Positions 50,778 through 61,634 of a DNA stretch of 62,749 nucleotides are shown piece after piece; the stretch's first letter is position 1; the number at the start of each line of letters is the position of its first letter. Below the pieces are notes generated by a model that saw nothing but the letters and a program-made list of their open reading frames with translations, did not search any database and had not been told where the DNA came from. The position numbers were made by a program, and so were the translations under genes. The DNA is from Clostridia bacterium (GTDB lineage: Bacteria > Bacillota > Clostridia > CAKSNL01 > HGM11501): the NCBI GenBank assembly GCA_045545475.1, contig JAZQAZ010000024.1, positions 1 to 62,749 on the forward strand. Reading direction: 5' to 3'.

Positions 50778-52126
50778 AAAGAAGCCTCCTCTTTTTTAAG
50801 ACCATTAAGATAGTTTACCAAAAGCGGAATTGCGAATGCAAATGTCAGAAAGTCTGTGATGCACTGAGCAATCTGAAGTCCTGTAAGTCCAAACGCAAAA
50901 TCCATTATTAAAATAACAGGTATCAGGAAAAGTCCCTGTCTTGCCGATGCCATAAAGGATGCAGAAAGTGTCTTTCCTGTTGACTGGAAAAGCATGTTAC
51001 ACATTACGATAATCGAATTAAGCGGAAACGCCACAGAATATGCCTTTAAGGTGAATGAGCCGATTTTTATAACCTCGGCATCGTCTCTGAAGGCTGCCAC
51101 TATTTCTCCCGAGAAGAAAAATCCGATTGCGGATATTATTATAAGAAATCCCAATGATGCTTTTACGCAAAACCAGAAGGATTTTCTTACACGGTCAAAA
51201 CGCCTTGCACCGTAATTCAAGCTTACAACAGGCTGGAAGCCCTGTCCAAATCCTATGAGAGCCGAATTTGCAAACATTGAAACTCTGGAAACAATTCCTA
51301 TTGCCGCAATTACCGCATCGTTATATGCGCCTGCCGCATGATTAAGTATCATAGTTGATACGCTGGCAAGCCCTTGCCTTAAAAGTGAGGGTAAACCGCA
51401 TTTGAATATTTCCTTCTGATAGTAAAAATCCGCCCTGAAGTTTTTAATTGAAAGCTTTATGGCACTTCCCTTACTCATTCCGACAAGTAAAAGGCAAAAG
51501 CTTATTAACTGGCTTATTACGGTGGCGATAGCCGCACCTTTTACGCCCATACCACAGCGGAATATAAGTATCGGGTCAAGCACCACGTTTATAACAGCAC
51601 CGGTTACAATTCCCACCATTGCGTAAACTGCACTTCCCTGATAGCGAAGCTGATTGTTTAATACAAACGATGCCATCATAAAAGGTGCTCCGATTAAAAT
51701 AATACGCATATAGCTTATTACTTCATCGATAATAGTAGGCGTTGCACCAAGCATTTTTGCAAGGCTCGGTGCAAAGACAAGCCCTGTAACGCAAAGGATA
51801 ATTCCCACAAATACCGCAGAGAAAAATCCCGTTGATGCCACATAAGATACCTCGTCATAATTTCTTTTTCCAAGCTCTCTTGAAATAATGTTTCCCGAAC
51901 CATGCCCGAAATAAAACCCAAGCGCCTGAATTACCGCCATAAGGGAAAACACAACCGCAACCGCCGCTGTTGCTTCGGTTGATAGCTTTCCCACGAAAAA
52001 ACTGTCTGCCATATTGTAAAACGCCGTAACAAGCATACTTATTATGGTAGGGATTGCAAGACGCAATATAAGTGGCTCCACAGGAGTTTCCGTCATCATT
52101 TTATACTTTTTTTCGTTTGCATCCAT
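50774..52126 (-). CDS. MATE family efflux transporter
   Basis: LAIPTII, YNMADSFFV, NVVLDPILIF, GAAIATVISQ. Confidence 0.93.
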   Translation of the reverse strand: MDANEKKYKMMTETPVEPLILRLAIPTIISMLVTAFYNMADSFFVGKLSTEATAAVAVVFSLMAVIQALGFYFGHGSGNIISRELGKRNYDEVSYVASTGFFSAVFVGIILCVTGLVFAPSLAKMLGATPTIIDEVISYMRIILIGAPFMMASFVLNNQLRYQGSAVYAMVGIVTGAVINVVLDPILIFRCGMGVKGAAIATVISQLISFCLLLVGMSKGSAIKLSIKNFRADFYYQKEIFKCGLPSLLRQGLASVSTMILNHAAGAYNDAVIAAIGIVSRVSMFANSALIGFGQGFQPVVSLNYGARRFDRVRKSFWFCVKASLGFLIIISAIGFFFSGEIVAAFRDDAEVIKIGSFTLKAYSVAFPLNSIIVMCNMLFQSTGKTLSASFMASARQGLFLIPVILIMDFAFGLTGLQIAQCITDFLTFAFAIPLLVNYLNGLKKEEASL

Positions 52127-52144
52127 CTTTTCACTTCCGATTTA

Positions 52145-53425
52145 TTACATATGTCCGCCGTCAATCTCCGCCGTATTTTTTCCGTGAATAACAACGGTTT
52201 TATCCTCCGGCACATATTCGTCGGGGAAATGAACCATAATATCAGCATTTTCAAGCTTTTTCTGAAGATTAGTTATATTGACATCTGCCGCATTAACCTT
52301 ATCTCTTAATGCCATACACGCCGTATGTGCCGCCGCCTGTCCTGTGATAATCGCAGGAGGAATAACTCTTAAAACGTCCCAGCCATAGCCTTCGCCGGAT
52401 GCCGATCTTCCCGCTGTCAGCATATTGGGATAATCCTTTCTTGTTATGCATCTTAAGGGCACTTCAAAAAGGTGGTCTCTGTGTTCAAAGTCATTTATAG
52501 CACAGATTGAATCATCAAAATGCTTGTAAGCATCGCTAACCTTTAATGCATAGTCCCCGTCAAGACGGCAGGTAGTACGAAATTGCGGCATAAAAGGAAG
52601 GTGGGTTATTTCACGGGCAAAACGGTCTGTTCCCTTTAATCTCTTAAGCACCAAAAGCTGATTTCTTACAAGATAGTCCGTTACCTCTTCAACCGTAAGA
52701 CCTGACCACTTGGGAACGTTGTCCGGCTGATTGTCGCCGAAAAGGTTTACACCGCCTCCCGAAATCCCCGTAAAGGCACGATAAATATTTTTTTCCTTTA
52801 CCGCCTTTTCGCAGGATTCAAGAGTTATCATTTTCGCCATATATGTAAAGAAATTTTCGCCCGGAACAACGGGAACTCCGCCGTGACGGAGCACGTCACA
52901 ATCCCCCGTTACGTCGATTAACATCTTACATCCGTAATACTCTGTGCCCGATTTGCTTTCCGTAATAACACCCTTGCAGGTTTTGCCCTCCATAACAGGC
53001 TCGCATGCGATACAGTCAAAGAGAATGTCCGCACCGGATTTAACGATTTCTTCAGTAAGCTGAAGGGCGAAAATATCGGGAGAAAACCTTTGGATATATC
53101 TTACGTTTGTGGGCTCGGCAGGCTCACCGTTTTTCCATTCTTCGGGAATTGTATCAAAGCCCACCTCTGCGCTGAGGCGCACCCATTTTTCGCATAAGCC
53201 GAATATAATCTGCTTACCGCGTCCGTTACACATGGGGACGAAGAGATTTATAAGTCCCAATGTTGCAAGACCGCCAAGGATATTTGACTTTTCCAAAATC
53301 AGAACAGAATGACCTTCACCTGCCGCAGTAACCGCAGCCGCAACACCTGCGACACCGCCGCCGCAGACAATAACGTCATACTGTTTTTTCATTGTAAGTT
53401 TTTTGGTTAATGTAATAGTATCCAT
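52145..53425 (-). CDS. FAD-dependent oxidoreductase
   Basis: VCGGGVAG, LGGLAT, IDVTGDCD, NMLTAGR, TGQAA. Confidence 0.88.
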   Translation of the reverse strand: MDTITLTKKLTMKKQYDVIVCGGGVAGVAAAVTAAGEGHSVLILEKSNILGGLATLGLINLFVPMCNGRGKQIIFGLCEKWVRLSAEVGFDTIPEEWKNGEPAEPTNVRYIQRFSPDIFALQLTEEIVKSGADILFDCIACEPVMEGKTCKGVITESKSGTEYYGCKMLIDVTGDCDVLRHGGVPVVPGENFFTYMAKMITLESCEKAVKEKNIYRAFTGISGGGVNLFGDNQPDNVPKWSGLTVEEVTDYLVRNQLLVLKRLKGTDRFAREITHLPFMPQFRTTCRLDGDYALKVSDAYKHFDDSICAINDFEHRDHLFEVPLRCITRKDYPNMLTAGRSASGEGYGWDVLRVIPPAIITGQAAAHTACMALRDKVNAADVNITNLQKKLENADIMVHFPDEYVPEDKTVVIHGKNTAEIDGGHM

Positions 53426-53438
53426 ATCTTTTCTCCTT

Positions 53439-54473
53439 TTATACTTCGGAAATTATCTTCTTATTTACATAGTCAAAGCAAAGTGCAGTTTTCTTTCTCA
53501 TATAGTGGTCAACATCTGCACCGATTCTTATTATCTTTAAGAGCCCAAGCTCCGTATCGATACCGACCACATTAAAGCAGTCATAGCTTTTTGTGCCCTT
53601 TACTCTCTTCATATCGCCGTGGGCATCCCAGTATGTGCCGTTTTGCACAACCACATTAAGCACACCCTTGCCAGTAAGACCGAATTCGTCGTAGTGCTCG
53701 TGTCCAGCAAAGTTGCAAATGAAGCTTCCGCCGTTTTCGATGAATTCTAAAATTATATCCTCATATAAAACTCTTCCTCTGTGGTCAAAGTCATAAGCGG
53801 TTCTGGAGCGTTCATAGGCTTTATGAATAGCTCTGTAATCATCTAAAGATGTATATTTTGTTCCGAAGTTTTCTTCGATATATCCCGTTCTTTCGTGCTG
53901 TGCGGTAAATACGTGAAGTCCCTTTTCCAATGCATCTGAAAGAACTCCGCGAAGCCATACCCTTGTCTCCCATGTGTCATAATAATCATCAAGTGCAATC
54001 ATTCTTATGTTGGATTCAGAAAAGTCCTTATAATAGCTCATGGAATGAGGAACATCCATAAAATTAACATCCCAGTTTTCTATATGATTGAACAAAAGCT
54101 TATATACGCTTTCCTTTTCAGCTAAGTGCCAGGGATAGTCTCCGGGGAAGCAATCGTGATTTCCGTTGGTCTGATAAATTACTTTCTCGCAACTTTCTCC
54201 CTCCACGTAAAGATCCTTATATACAGTCTGATCTCCTCCGCAGTAGTCGCCGGTGTGAAGAACGAAACCTATATAATCCTTGTAATAGTTCACATATTCA
54301 ACCATTCTGTTCCAGTTATCACAAACTGCGTGCATATCCGATGCGTGAACAAAGGTAAGAGGCATATACTTATCCCCAAAAACCTTTCCGAAATTCATTC
54401 TTGATCTTTCTTTTCCCGCCTGAAGCACAAACTGCTCTGATTCTTTATTTAATTCGATAATATTATCTGTCAT
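53439..54473 (-). CDS. Calcineurin-like metallophosphoesterase
   Basis: SDMH, TGD, GNHD, GHEH. Confidence 0.88.
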   Translation of the reverse strand: MTDNIIELNKESEQFVLQAGKERSRMNFGKVFGDKYMPLTFVHASDMHAVCDNWNRMVEYVNYYKDYIGFVLHTGDYCGGDQTVYKDLYVEGESCEKVIYQTNGNHDCFPGDYPWHLAEKESVYKLLFNHIENWDVNFMDVPHSMSYYKDFSESNIRMIALDDYYDTWETRVWLRGVLSDALEKGLHVFTAQHERTGYIEENFGTKYTSLDDYRAIHKAYERSRTAYDFDHRGRVLYEDIILEFIENGGSFICNFAGHEHYDEFGLTGKGVLNVVVQNGTYWDAHGDMKRVKGTKSYDCFNVVGIDTELGLLKIIRIGADVDHYMRKKTALCFDYVNKKIISEV

Positions 54474-55465
54474 AAAATCTCCTCCAAAAACCATTCTTTT
54501 TTGTACTCAAGAGATATTGTTTCATCGTCATTGAATATAACAGGAAGCCACACATAAGAGCATTCAAGAAAATTTTCTGTGTTGTGGCGTTCAAACATCA
54601 TTATGTATTTATCTTCTGTGCCTTCAATCTTGAAAGCATATGTACTTTGGGTATTAAAGGTTGTTTTCGTATCGTCTCCTATGCAAGGATCGCCTATACA
54701 TTCCCAATCCTGCATAAGGTTATCAGTTCTGAAGGCTTTTGCCTGATTGAAATTCCAGCCCGTAAGGTCTGATGTAACAATATAGTACTTGCCCCTGCGG
54801 TAAACTATGGCAGGTGCTTCTCTCCAGTATGCCGCATCAATTCTTGCATATTCGTCTGTGCAGGAAAGATAGTCATCCGACAGCTTTACTGCATAAAGAC
54901 ATCTGTCCTCTTTTCCGTTTTCTATAACATGGCGGTCATAAATGTAATACGCCGTTCCGTCCTCGCACTTATATAAGGTGTTATCGCGGACAAACTTTCC
55001 GTCCAGGGGGCGACAGGTTCCGAGCCACTTATATTCCCCGTTCACCTTGTCGCAAACCGCAACACCCGCCTCTGCAGTGCCGGGAGCAGTTCCGTGGTCA
55101 CCGGGGTATGCCACATAGTGACACCACATAACATACTGCTTTGTTTTTTCGTTATATATAATCTTCGGTCTTTCAAGGCGCATAGGTGCTTTAAGGTCCC
55201 CCTCCGCATCCACGGATACCGGAAGAATTACGCCTTCATATTTCCAGTTTAATAAATCATCAGATTCATACATAACAACGCCAACTACCGTGGCAGCTCC
55301 GCCTTCTCCCTTTCCCGCCATGGGCTTTGCCTGAAGAGCCTGACCGTACCAGTGATATTTTCCTTCCGCAAAAATCACGCCACCGTCACTGGCGTTTATG
55401 ATATTACCATCGGTATCGTACCACTGCACAAATTCCGTTATTTCACCGTGTTTAAAGCTGTTCAT
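54470..55465 (-). CDS. Glycoside hydrolase family 43 (subfamily 24-like)
   Basis: YHWYG, DLLNWK, LERPKIIYN, REAPA, TGW, NTQST; no signal peptide. Confidence 0.85.
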   Translation of the reverse strand: MNSFKHGEITEFVQWYDTDGNIINASDGGVIFAEGKYHWYGQALQAKPMAGKGEGGAATVVGVVMYESDDLLNWKYEGVILPVSVDAEGDLKAPMRLERPKIIYNEKTKQYVMWCHYVAYPGDHGTAPGTAEAGVAVCDKVNGEYKWLGTCRPLDGKFVRDNTLYKCEDGTAYYIYDRHVIENGKEDRCLYAVKLSDDYLSCTDEYARIDAAYWREAPAIVYRRGKYYIVTSDLTGWNFNQAKAFRTDNLMQDWECIGDPCIGDDTKTTFNTQSTYAFKIEGTEDKYIMMFERHNTENFLECSYVWLPVIFNDDETISLEYKKEWFLEEIL

Positions 55466-55594
55466 AAAAACGCTCCTTCCTAAAATTTCACATGATCCCA
55501 TCTTATAACAATATTATACCACTCAGAAAAGTCTCCGTCAATATGAAATAGTTGCTATACACAGGACAAAGTTGCTGTTTTACCTTAAAACACA

Positions 55595-55621
55595 AAGCCC
55601 CCGGAAAAATTCCGGGGGCTT
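55595..55621 (-). terminator. Terminator hairpin
   Basis: aagcccccggaa-aaa-ttccgggggctt. Confidence 0.8.
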
Positions 55622-55632
55622 GCATTCTTTAA

Positions 55633-56541
55633 TTATTTACTTATCACATAAAAACCTTTTTTACTTTCGCTGAATATAAGCTCGGTGTCCCATTCTTCCA
55701 GGGTTCTCGTTATGCTTGCAGGGTCCAAAACAGATACCTTTCCGTCCTTTTCGGAAAGAAGCACTATAAAGTGTCCGTTGTCGGTAAAGTGTCCTTTTTT
55801 CATACTTGTAACAACGACACTTCCTTCTTTAAGAAGACTTTTAAACGTTTCAAAATCGCTTGTAAAAACCTCCCTGCCCTTTAAACCAACGACAGGCGGA
55901 TATGCACTCATAAGAGTCCATTTTGTGCCGGAGCCGGGAACATAAAGGTCGTTTTCAAGTGTCCAGTCTATAACATCAGAAAGGGTTGTCCTTTCTTCTT
56001 TTGCCACATAGTTTATCGCCATTGTAAGTGCAATGGGGCCGCAGCCTGATCTTGCAACAGAGGATGTTCCGTAGGGCATATCCAGAAACTCCGGATTGTT
56101 TTGCGATATATAAAAGCCCCTGCTTTTTTCATCCACCGACGGATGTGTAATTCCCATAAGATTGCGGTCAAGCATATTGTGCTTTTTCATACTTCCGCAT
56201 TCCATTATAAGGTCACTGTTATCCTTTTTAACAAGGCAAACAACCCCGTCATGCTCTTTGAAAAGAAACGCCTGTTCCATATAATTTTCAATATCCGCTT
56301 TTGTTATGTCTTTGACATCCTTTTCAGCCATGACACTTATATAAAAGCTTATTTCTTCTTCATTATAGCTTTTTTCGTCAACAACATATATCTTTTTTCC
56401 ATCAAGCGACAATTCTTTAGTCACTTCATCAAACATGCTCCTGAATACAGTCTTTTCTGCAACTTCAGTTGTTTCTGTGCATCCTGTAAAAAACATCATA
56501 AGAGCCAACAGAAACAAAAAGCCGGCCCACTTTGCTTTCAT
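55633..56541 (-). CDS. Lipoprotein with peptidase C39-like domain
   Basis: Lipobox FTGC; SGCGP, GHFIVL, VLDP. Confidence 0.87.
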   Translation of the reverse strand: MKAKWAGFLFLLALMMFFTGCTETTEVAEKTVFRSMFDEVTKELSLDGKKIYVVDEKSYNEEEISFYISVMAEKDVKDITKADIENYMEQAFLFKEHDGVVCLVKKDNSDLIMECGSMKKHNMLDRNLMGITHPSVDEKSRGFYISQNNPEFLDMPYGTSSVARSGCGPIALTMAINYVAKEERTTLSDVIDWTLENDLYVPGSGTKWTLMSAYPPVVGLKGREVFTSDFETFKSLLKEGSVVVTSMKKGHFTDNGHFIVLLSEKDGKVSVLDPASITRTLEEWDTELIFSESKKGFYVISK

Positions 56542-56554
56542 ACAATCCTCTCCG

Positions 56555-57250
56555 TTATATATTTATCTCAGCCGTATGAGGTCTGTGATCCGATGCAATA
56601 ATTGCAGGAATGTCCGCAGATATAACTTCTATATCTCGGCTCACAAATATGTAGTCAATCTTTATCTTCGGCTCATCCGAAGGGAAGCTGAAAAGAGGGG
56701 CGGAAAAAGCCGCAGCTGTATCCCTCATCCGCTCCCTGATAGGCATCAGAATCTCTTCTTCGTGAGTTATATTAAAGTCACCCATAAGAATACATTTTTT
56801 ATTTTCTAAGTTCTCTAAAACCGTTCTGATTGCGTTTTCCTTTTCGTCATCATTAAGTCCGAAATGAGTTACTAAAACGGTGATACCGCCCTCTAATGTA
56901 ATTTTGAGAAGGCATCTTGTTTCATGGGTAGGAGTCTTTTCGGCAGCAGAGTCGGGAATCATAATTTTCTCCCACTTTACAACAGGAATCTTTGAAAGAA
57001 AGCCGTTGCCGTAGGGATTTTCTCCCCCTACCATAATAGCTTCACCAAAACCGTAATACTTCATTCCTGTAAGAGAGGATAAAATTTTCACCTGCTCGTC
57101 ATACTCGGGATTTGTTCCCTTACCTCTCATTTCGTTAAGTCCTATAAATTCAGCACCACTGTCTTTTATTACTTTTGCCATTGCCTCAAAGTCAATTTTC
57201 TTGGTAATGTAATTTTGACAATGCTGAGTGTTAAATGTCATTATTTTCAT
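56555..57250 (-). CDS. Endonuclease/exonuclease/phosphatase family protein
   Basis: TFNT, GLNE, YGNGFLS, THF, MGDFN, IDYIF, SDH. Confidence 0.92.
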   Translation of the reverse strand: MKIMTFNTQHCQNYITKKIDFEAMAKVIKDSGAEFIGLNEMRGKGTNPEYDEQVKILSSLTGMKYYGFGEAIMVGGENPYGNGFLSKIPVVKWEKIMIPDSAAEKTPTHETRCLLKITLEGGITVLVTHFGLNDDEKENAIRTVLENLENKKCILMGDFNITHEEEILMPIRERMRDTAAAFSAPLFSFPSDEPKIKIDYIFVSRDIEVISADIPAIIASDHRPHTAEINI

Positions 57251-57258
57251 GTTGCACC

Positions 57259-58113
57259 TCACAAAGTTATTGTTTCACCACTCTTTACCGACAGGGTTTT
57301 TCCGTCAATATTAAGCCATATTTCTTTTAATGTAGGATTATAAATCTTTCGTCCGTCAGCACTTGTAACAAGAGAGTTATATGCTTTCACATAATCGTAT
57401 ATTTCAATGTTCGTTGCATACCAGGTATCAATCTTACCGGAGATTTCACTGCAAAATTTTTCAATCAAGTTCCAGCCGTCATTACCGTCAAACTCATAGG
57501 TGTGTCCCCATAGATAAAAGAGTCTCGGATACATAGCTGAAGAATAAAGGCGTGTTTCGTCAATTTCAAGGAACTTTTTCACCATATCAAAAAGTGCAGA
57601 ATTTTTATGGTGAGCCGTAGGCATCCAGGAAAGGAAATCCGATGGAAGCATAAAGCTGTCATTATCGCCGCCAAGCGTACGAGAATATACTACGCCCATA
57701 CTCTCTATTAAAGTGCGCAGCGTTTCATAGTCGTTTCCGTTGTGCATTGCTTTTACTCCCGAATCGGGGTATGCCATACCGCGGATTATCATATCAAAGG
57801 TCGCTTCAAGCTCCTTACGGCATTCCAAAATATCCGTAATTGCAAAAGCAGGCTTTAATCCCGCGCCGGGAGCCATATGATTCTTTCCGTGAAGGGCAAC
57901 CTCGTGTCCTTTACCAAGAATATGCTCCTTTATTTCTTCAACTGTTATTCTGTTAGATGCACCTAAAAATCCGCTGTTTATATTAAAAGTGCCTTTAAGT
58001 CCGTAGCGGTCTAAAATTTCGGCAAAACGCAAATCCTGCCTTACTCCGTCGTCATAGCTGAAGGTTACCGCCTTTAATTTTCCGCCGGGGTATCTCATAA
58101 ATACATATCTCAT
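57259..58113 (-). CDS. Polysaccharide deacetylase (CE4-like)
   Basis: TFSYDDG, GTFNINS, HEVALHGKNH, MAYP, YLWGH. Confidence 0.9.
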   Translation of the reverse strand: MRYVFMRYPGGKLKAVTFSYDDGVRQDLRFAEILDRYGLKGTFNINSGFLGASNRITVEEIKEHILGKGHEVALHGKNHMAPGAGLKPAFAITDILECRKELEATFDMIIRGMAYPDSGVKAMHNGNDYETLRTLIESMGVVYSRTLGGDNDSFMLPSDFLSWMPTAHHKNSALFDMVKKFLEIDETRLYSSAMYPRLFYLWGHTYEFDGNDGWNLIEKFCSEISGKIDTWYATNIEIYDYVKAYNSLVTSADGRKIYNPTLKEIWLNIDGKTLSVKSGETITL

Positions 58114-58193
58114 AAAATTCCTCCAAAAAAGCATTCACTCAAATAAAATCATATTACTTTTTCACAATAAAAGCAACAATATAATAAAGCCAA

Positions 58194-59093
58194 TTACATT
58201 GTTAAATTTTCAGAAAGTGCCTTTTCCACTTCCTCTTTTTCAGGTATTGATGGTGCAGCTCCCTTTCTCGACACGGCAATTGCCGATGCCATCGAAGCTT
58301 TTTCAAGTACGTTTTGTATGTTTTCACCATCAGCTATTCCCTTTATAAAGTATCCCGTAAAGGTATCTCCTGCTGCCGTGGTATCAATGACCTTTACATC
58401 AAAAGTATCGTGATAAGCTTCGGTTGTCTCATCAATATAAACGCATCCGTATTTCCCCATAGTAAGCATAATTTTGAGTTTAGGATATTTACTTTTTATA
58501 AATGAAACACTGTCTTTTGCGAACGGCTTTCCCGAGAGTCTTTTCATCTCCCCGGAGTTTAATATAATATATGAAAGATGGTTAAAATCAATTTCTTCTA
58601 TCTTTTCATTAAACGGCGATGGATTAAATATGATACACATATTTTTCTTATAGGCCTGTTCCACTATGTAAGAGACATTGTTTATCTCATTCTGCAAAAG
58701 AAGGATATCTCCTGCCTCAAAGTTTTCAAGAACGCCTGCTATATATTCTTCTGTTATCATACTGTTTGAACCGGAATAGAGAAAAATCGAATTTTCCCCT
58801 TCTTTATTTACCTGAATAATGGCATGTCCGTTTTTTACATCAAGCTTCTTTATCAGTGATGTGTCAACGCCGCTTTCTTTAAGAATATCTGTAAGAATTT
58901 CGCCGCCTTCTCCGACGCATCCGGCATGAAAAACTTTGGCCCCCGCTCTCGCAAGAGCTATTGATTGGTTGAGCCCTTTACCTCCGGGAAATATGTTAAG
59001 ATTATCGCTTGCCAAAGTTTCTCCGGGGGTTACAATATGATCCAAAGAATATACATAATCTATATTGCATGAACCGAAATTAAGAATTTTCAT
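58194..59093 (-). CDS. rbsK: Ribokinase (PfkB family)
   Basis: PGGKGLNQ, LLQNE, DTTAAGDTF, GAAPSIP. Confidence 0.88.
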   Translation of the reverse strand: MKILNFGSCNIDYVYSLDHIVTPGETLASDNLNIFPGGKGLNQSIALARAGAKVFHAGCVGEGGEILTDILKESGVDTSLIKKLDVKNGHAIIQVNKEGENSIFLYSGSNSMITEEYIAGVLENFEAGDILLLQNEINNVSYIVEQAYKKNMCIIFNPSPFNEKIEEIDFNHLSYIILNSGEMKRLSGKPFAKDSVSFIKSKYPKLKIMLTMGKYGCVYIDETTEAYHDTFDVKVIDTTAAGDTFTGYFIKGIADGENIQNVLEKASMASAIAVSRKGAAPSIPEKEEVEKALSENLTM

Positions 59094-59181
59094 AAAATCA
59101 CCTCTTTTTATTATATCACTAATAGTATTTTTTTCAAGAGCAAAAAAGGAAAGACTGAAAAGCACAGTCTCCCTTTTTATA

Positions 59182-60291
59182 TTATCTGAAATACACGGTA
59201 TATTCTTTTAATTTCTCTTTCCAGTTATAGTCTTCATGGTTTCCCGTGTTTCTGATATGGAAAACCACACGATCGGAATATACTTCAAAAGCCAAATACT
59301 GTGCCAGTTTAGGCGTTCCGGTTGGCACAAAGTACTTTTGTTCAGCCTCTCCGCCATAGCCTGTCAAACCATCATCCTCATAAAGGCTTCTGTCAAATGG
59401 GCGGAGTCCTCCCATATGCACAAAGGTAAATTCATATTCTTTTTCTTTAGAATCTGTTGCGGTAAGGTTCATATCAATCGGTAGGTTATCATCTTTTATG
59501 TGCAAAACTGCACCGGAGGAAAACTCCTTATAGCAGGACCTTTCCCCGTGAACGTGACCGTAAAGATAAAATGCGTTTTTATGGCCTTTAAATATATCGT
59601 AAAACAATACGGTATTTCCGTTTACCATCGTTTCTTTAAGTTCGCCGTCATTATAGTAATATATTGCAGACAAATGTCCCACAACGAAAATGGGCTTGTT
59701 CCCTTCGGGGTCAATTTCTGCCATTTTTTTCTTAACCCAGACAAGAGTTTCGTCGCTGTAGCTTCCCTCGTGGGAATTAAACGCCGTGTTGGGATCGATA
59801 TTTATTCCGATAAAATCAATGCCGTTTACCACATAATGGAATGCACCCCAGTAAAGCTCTCCGGGCTTTTCAACGGATGTTAATATGATTTTTTCATTAT
59901 CAGGAAGACTCCCGAATGCATTATCCATTAAGTCATAGAAATCAGTGGTGTTATAGGGCTCATTTTCCTCTGTAGCAATATCTCCAAGAATCATATCGTT
60001 GTTCCCGGCAACGTACATTACCTTGCCGTCCTTTGCACTTTCGGCAACGCACGCGTGCAGTTTCTCCTTAAGATCAAGGAAGTTTTTCTTGGGCCATGCG
60101 CAGGATTTATTCCAGTATGGATAATCCGATACATTATCGCCACCAATTAAAGCAATATCAGCCTTGCCGAACTCTTCCATTGCAAGCTCTTTAGCTTTGA
60201 TAAGCGAGCTTCTTACAGTTGTGGGATAGTCCAGCATCGCCTGCTGATTGTGTATGTCGGTATAACAAAATCCTGTTAATATTTTTTCCAT
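59182..60291 (-). CDS. Metallophosphoesterase
   Basis: TDIH, GGD, GNND, GHVH; GGAGG RBS before MEKIL. Confidence 0.82.
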   Translation of the reverse strand: MEKILTGFCYTDIHNQQAMLDYPTTVRSSLIKAKELAMEEFGKADIALIGGDNVSDYPYWNKSCAWPKKNFLDLKEKLHACVAESAKDGKVMYVAGNNDMILGDIATEENEPYNTTDFYDLMDNAFGSLPDNEKIILTSVEKPGELYWGAFHYVVNGIDFIGINIDPNTAFNSHEGSYSDETLVWVKKKMAEIDPEGNKPIFVVGHLSAIYYYNDGELKETMVNGNTVLFYDIFKGHKNAFYLYGHVHGERSCYKEFSSGAVLHIKDDNLPIDMNLTATDSKEKEYEFTFVHMGGLRPFDRSLYEDDGLTGYGGEAEQKYFVPTGTPKLAQYLAFEVYSDRVVFHIRNTGNHEDYNWKEKLKEYTVYFR

Positions 60292-60375
60292 TAGCTTATC
60301 CTCCAATTTTAAGTAATACATTAATTATACTACTGCTTATATAAAAAGTCAAAAGAAAATACAACCGGACGTATA

Positions 60376-60999
60376 CTAGCAAATTCTCAGTTCCGAATCG
60401 TAAATAAAATCCCCCTCTGAAAGATGGATTCTTTCTGCATTATATTTATCAAGGATTGTTTTAAAATCCATAAGCTTAGCCGTCATAATGGGATCTGAAA
60501 ACGGTATTAAATAAGATTTCATAGCACAACCAATAGGCATTACCTCAACAAAATTGCAATCGCCATCTATATATTCTGTTCTTCTTAATAAATTTAAAAT
60601 ATCATCGAAAGTGTATGCTCCGTTAATTATTACAGTGTTTCTGAAATCATCAAATCGTAAAGTAAGAGAAACGGCGTTATCAATTGCAGGATGATTCCCA
60701 AGTTCTGACATATGGTGTCCCCAGCCACCTTCAGCAAAATAAAAAGTATTTTCCAAATGATATGCAAAGAACAGCTCTTCAGGATTTTTAATTTCCTCAG
60801 CACAGCTTAATGAAACATCAGTGGTAAACCATCCTGTATTAGTATCAGGATGATGTCCCTGAAACAGTGTTACTATATCCATCCCCATAGGTTCATAATA
60901 CTCAAATGTTTCAAATGCATATGCGATAAGCTCTTTTACGCTTCTTTTATCATCAAATTCTATTTCTCCTCCATCAAAAAAGTTGTATTTTTGAATCAT
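60376..60999 (-). CDS. Hypothetical protein
   Basis: GGAGG RBS before MIQKY; EGGWGHH motif; no recognised family. Confidence 0.75.
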   Translation of the reverse strand: MIQKYNFFDGGEIEFDDKRSVKELIAYAFETFEYYEPMGMDIVTLFQGHHPDTNTGWFTTDVSLSCAEEIKNPEELFFAYHLENTFYFAEGGWGHHMSELGNHPAIDNAVSLTLRFDDFRNTVIINGAYTFDDILNLLRRTEYIDGDCNFVEVMPIGCAMKSYLIPFSDPIMTAKLMDFKTILDKYNAERIHLSEGDFIYDSELRIC

Positions 61000-61163
61000 A
61001 AAAAGGCATCCTCCCACTATTTTTATTTACAAAATATATTATACATTATTATTGTGGATTTTTCAAGATAAGAAAAAACTCATCCAAAGTTAAACCTCCT
61101 TTTCTTGCGAAAGAACAACAAAACGGAGCAGGAGTCAGGTAAAAAAGCAAAAATGTAATGTAT

Positions 61164-61634
61164 TTACTTTTCTGAATTCAAATATAAATGCAATATTTCA
61201 TCTATATATTCTTCATCAACTTCATAGCTATCGCTAATTTCATTGCAAACCCAAGCAAAATAATCTGAAATCGCCTCAATAAAAGAACGAAGAATTTCAA
61301 CCATTGTGCTATGTTCTGTACGAACAGGCAATCTAATCACTGGAACATCTTCTTTATTTGTAAACATGGGATAAGAAATAAAATCTGCCCAGTAAAAAAG
61401 GTAGCCAACCCTATTGCCATCTCTTTTAACCAGGTAATGCTTGTACTCAAAATCAACCCATACGGAAATAGGGATATTGAAATTCTGCTCAACCCATTTT
61501 ACAAATTTGCATAATTCATTTTGTGTTTCAATCGGAATTCTCTTATCAAAACCAATATCAAATCCACTTCCAACATTTTCAGATGTTTGCAAGTGGATAT
61601 CTTTGGTGCGAAACCACAAATTTTCCTTTTTCAT
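61164..61634 (-). CDS. Hypothetical protein
   Basis: AAGGAG RBS; ATGA overlap with the four-helix-bundle gene. Confidence 0.72.
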   Translation of the reverse strand: MKKENLWFRTKDIHLQTSENVGSGFDIGFDKRIPIETQNELCKFVKWVEQNFNIPISVWVDFEYKHYLVKRDGNRVGYLFYWADFISYPMFTNKEDVPVIRLPVRTEHSTMVEILRSFIEAISDYFAWVCNEISDSYEVDEEYIDEILHLYLNSEK

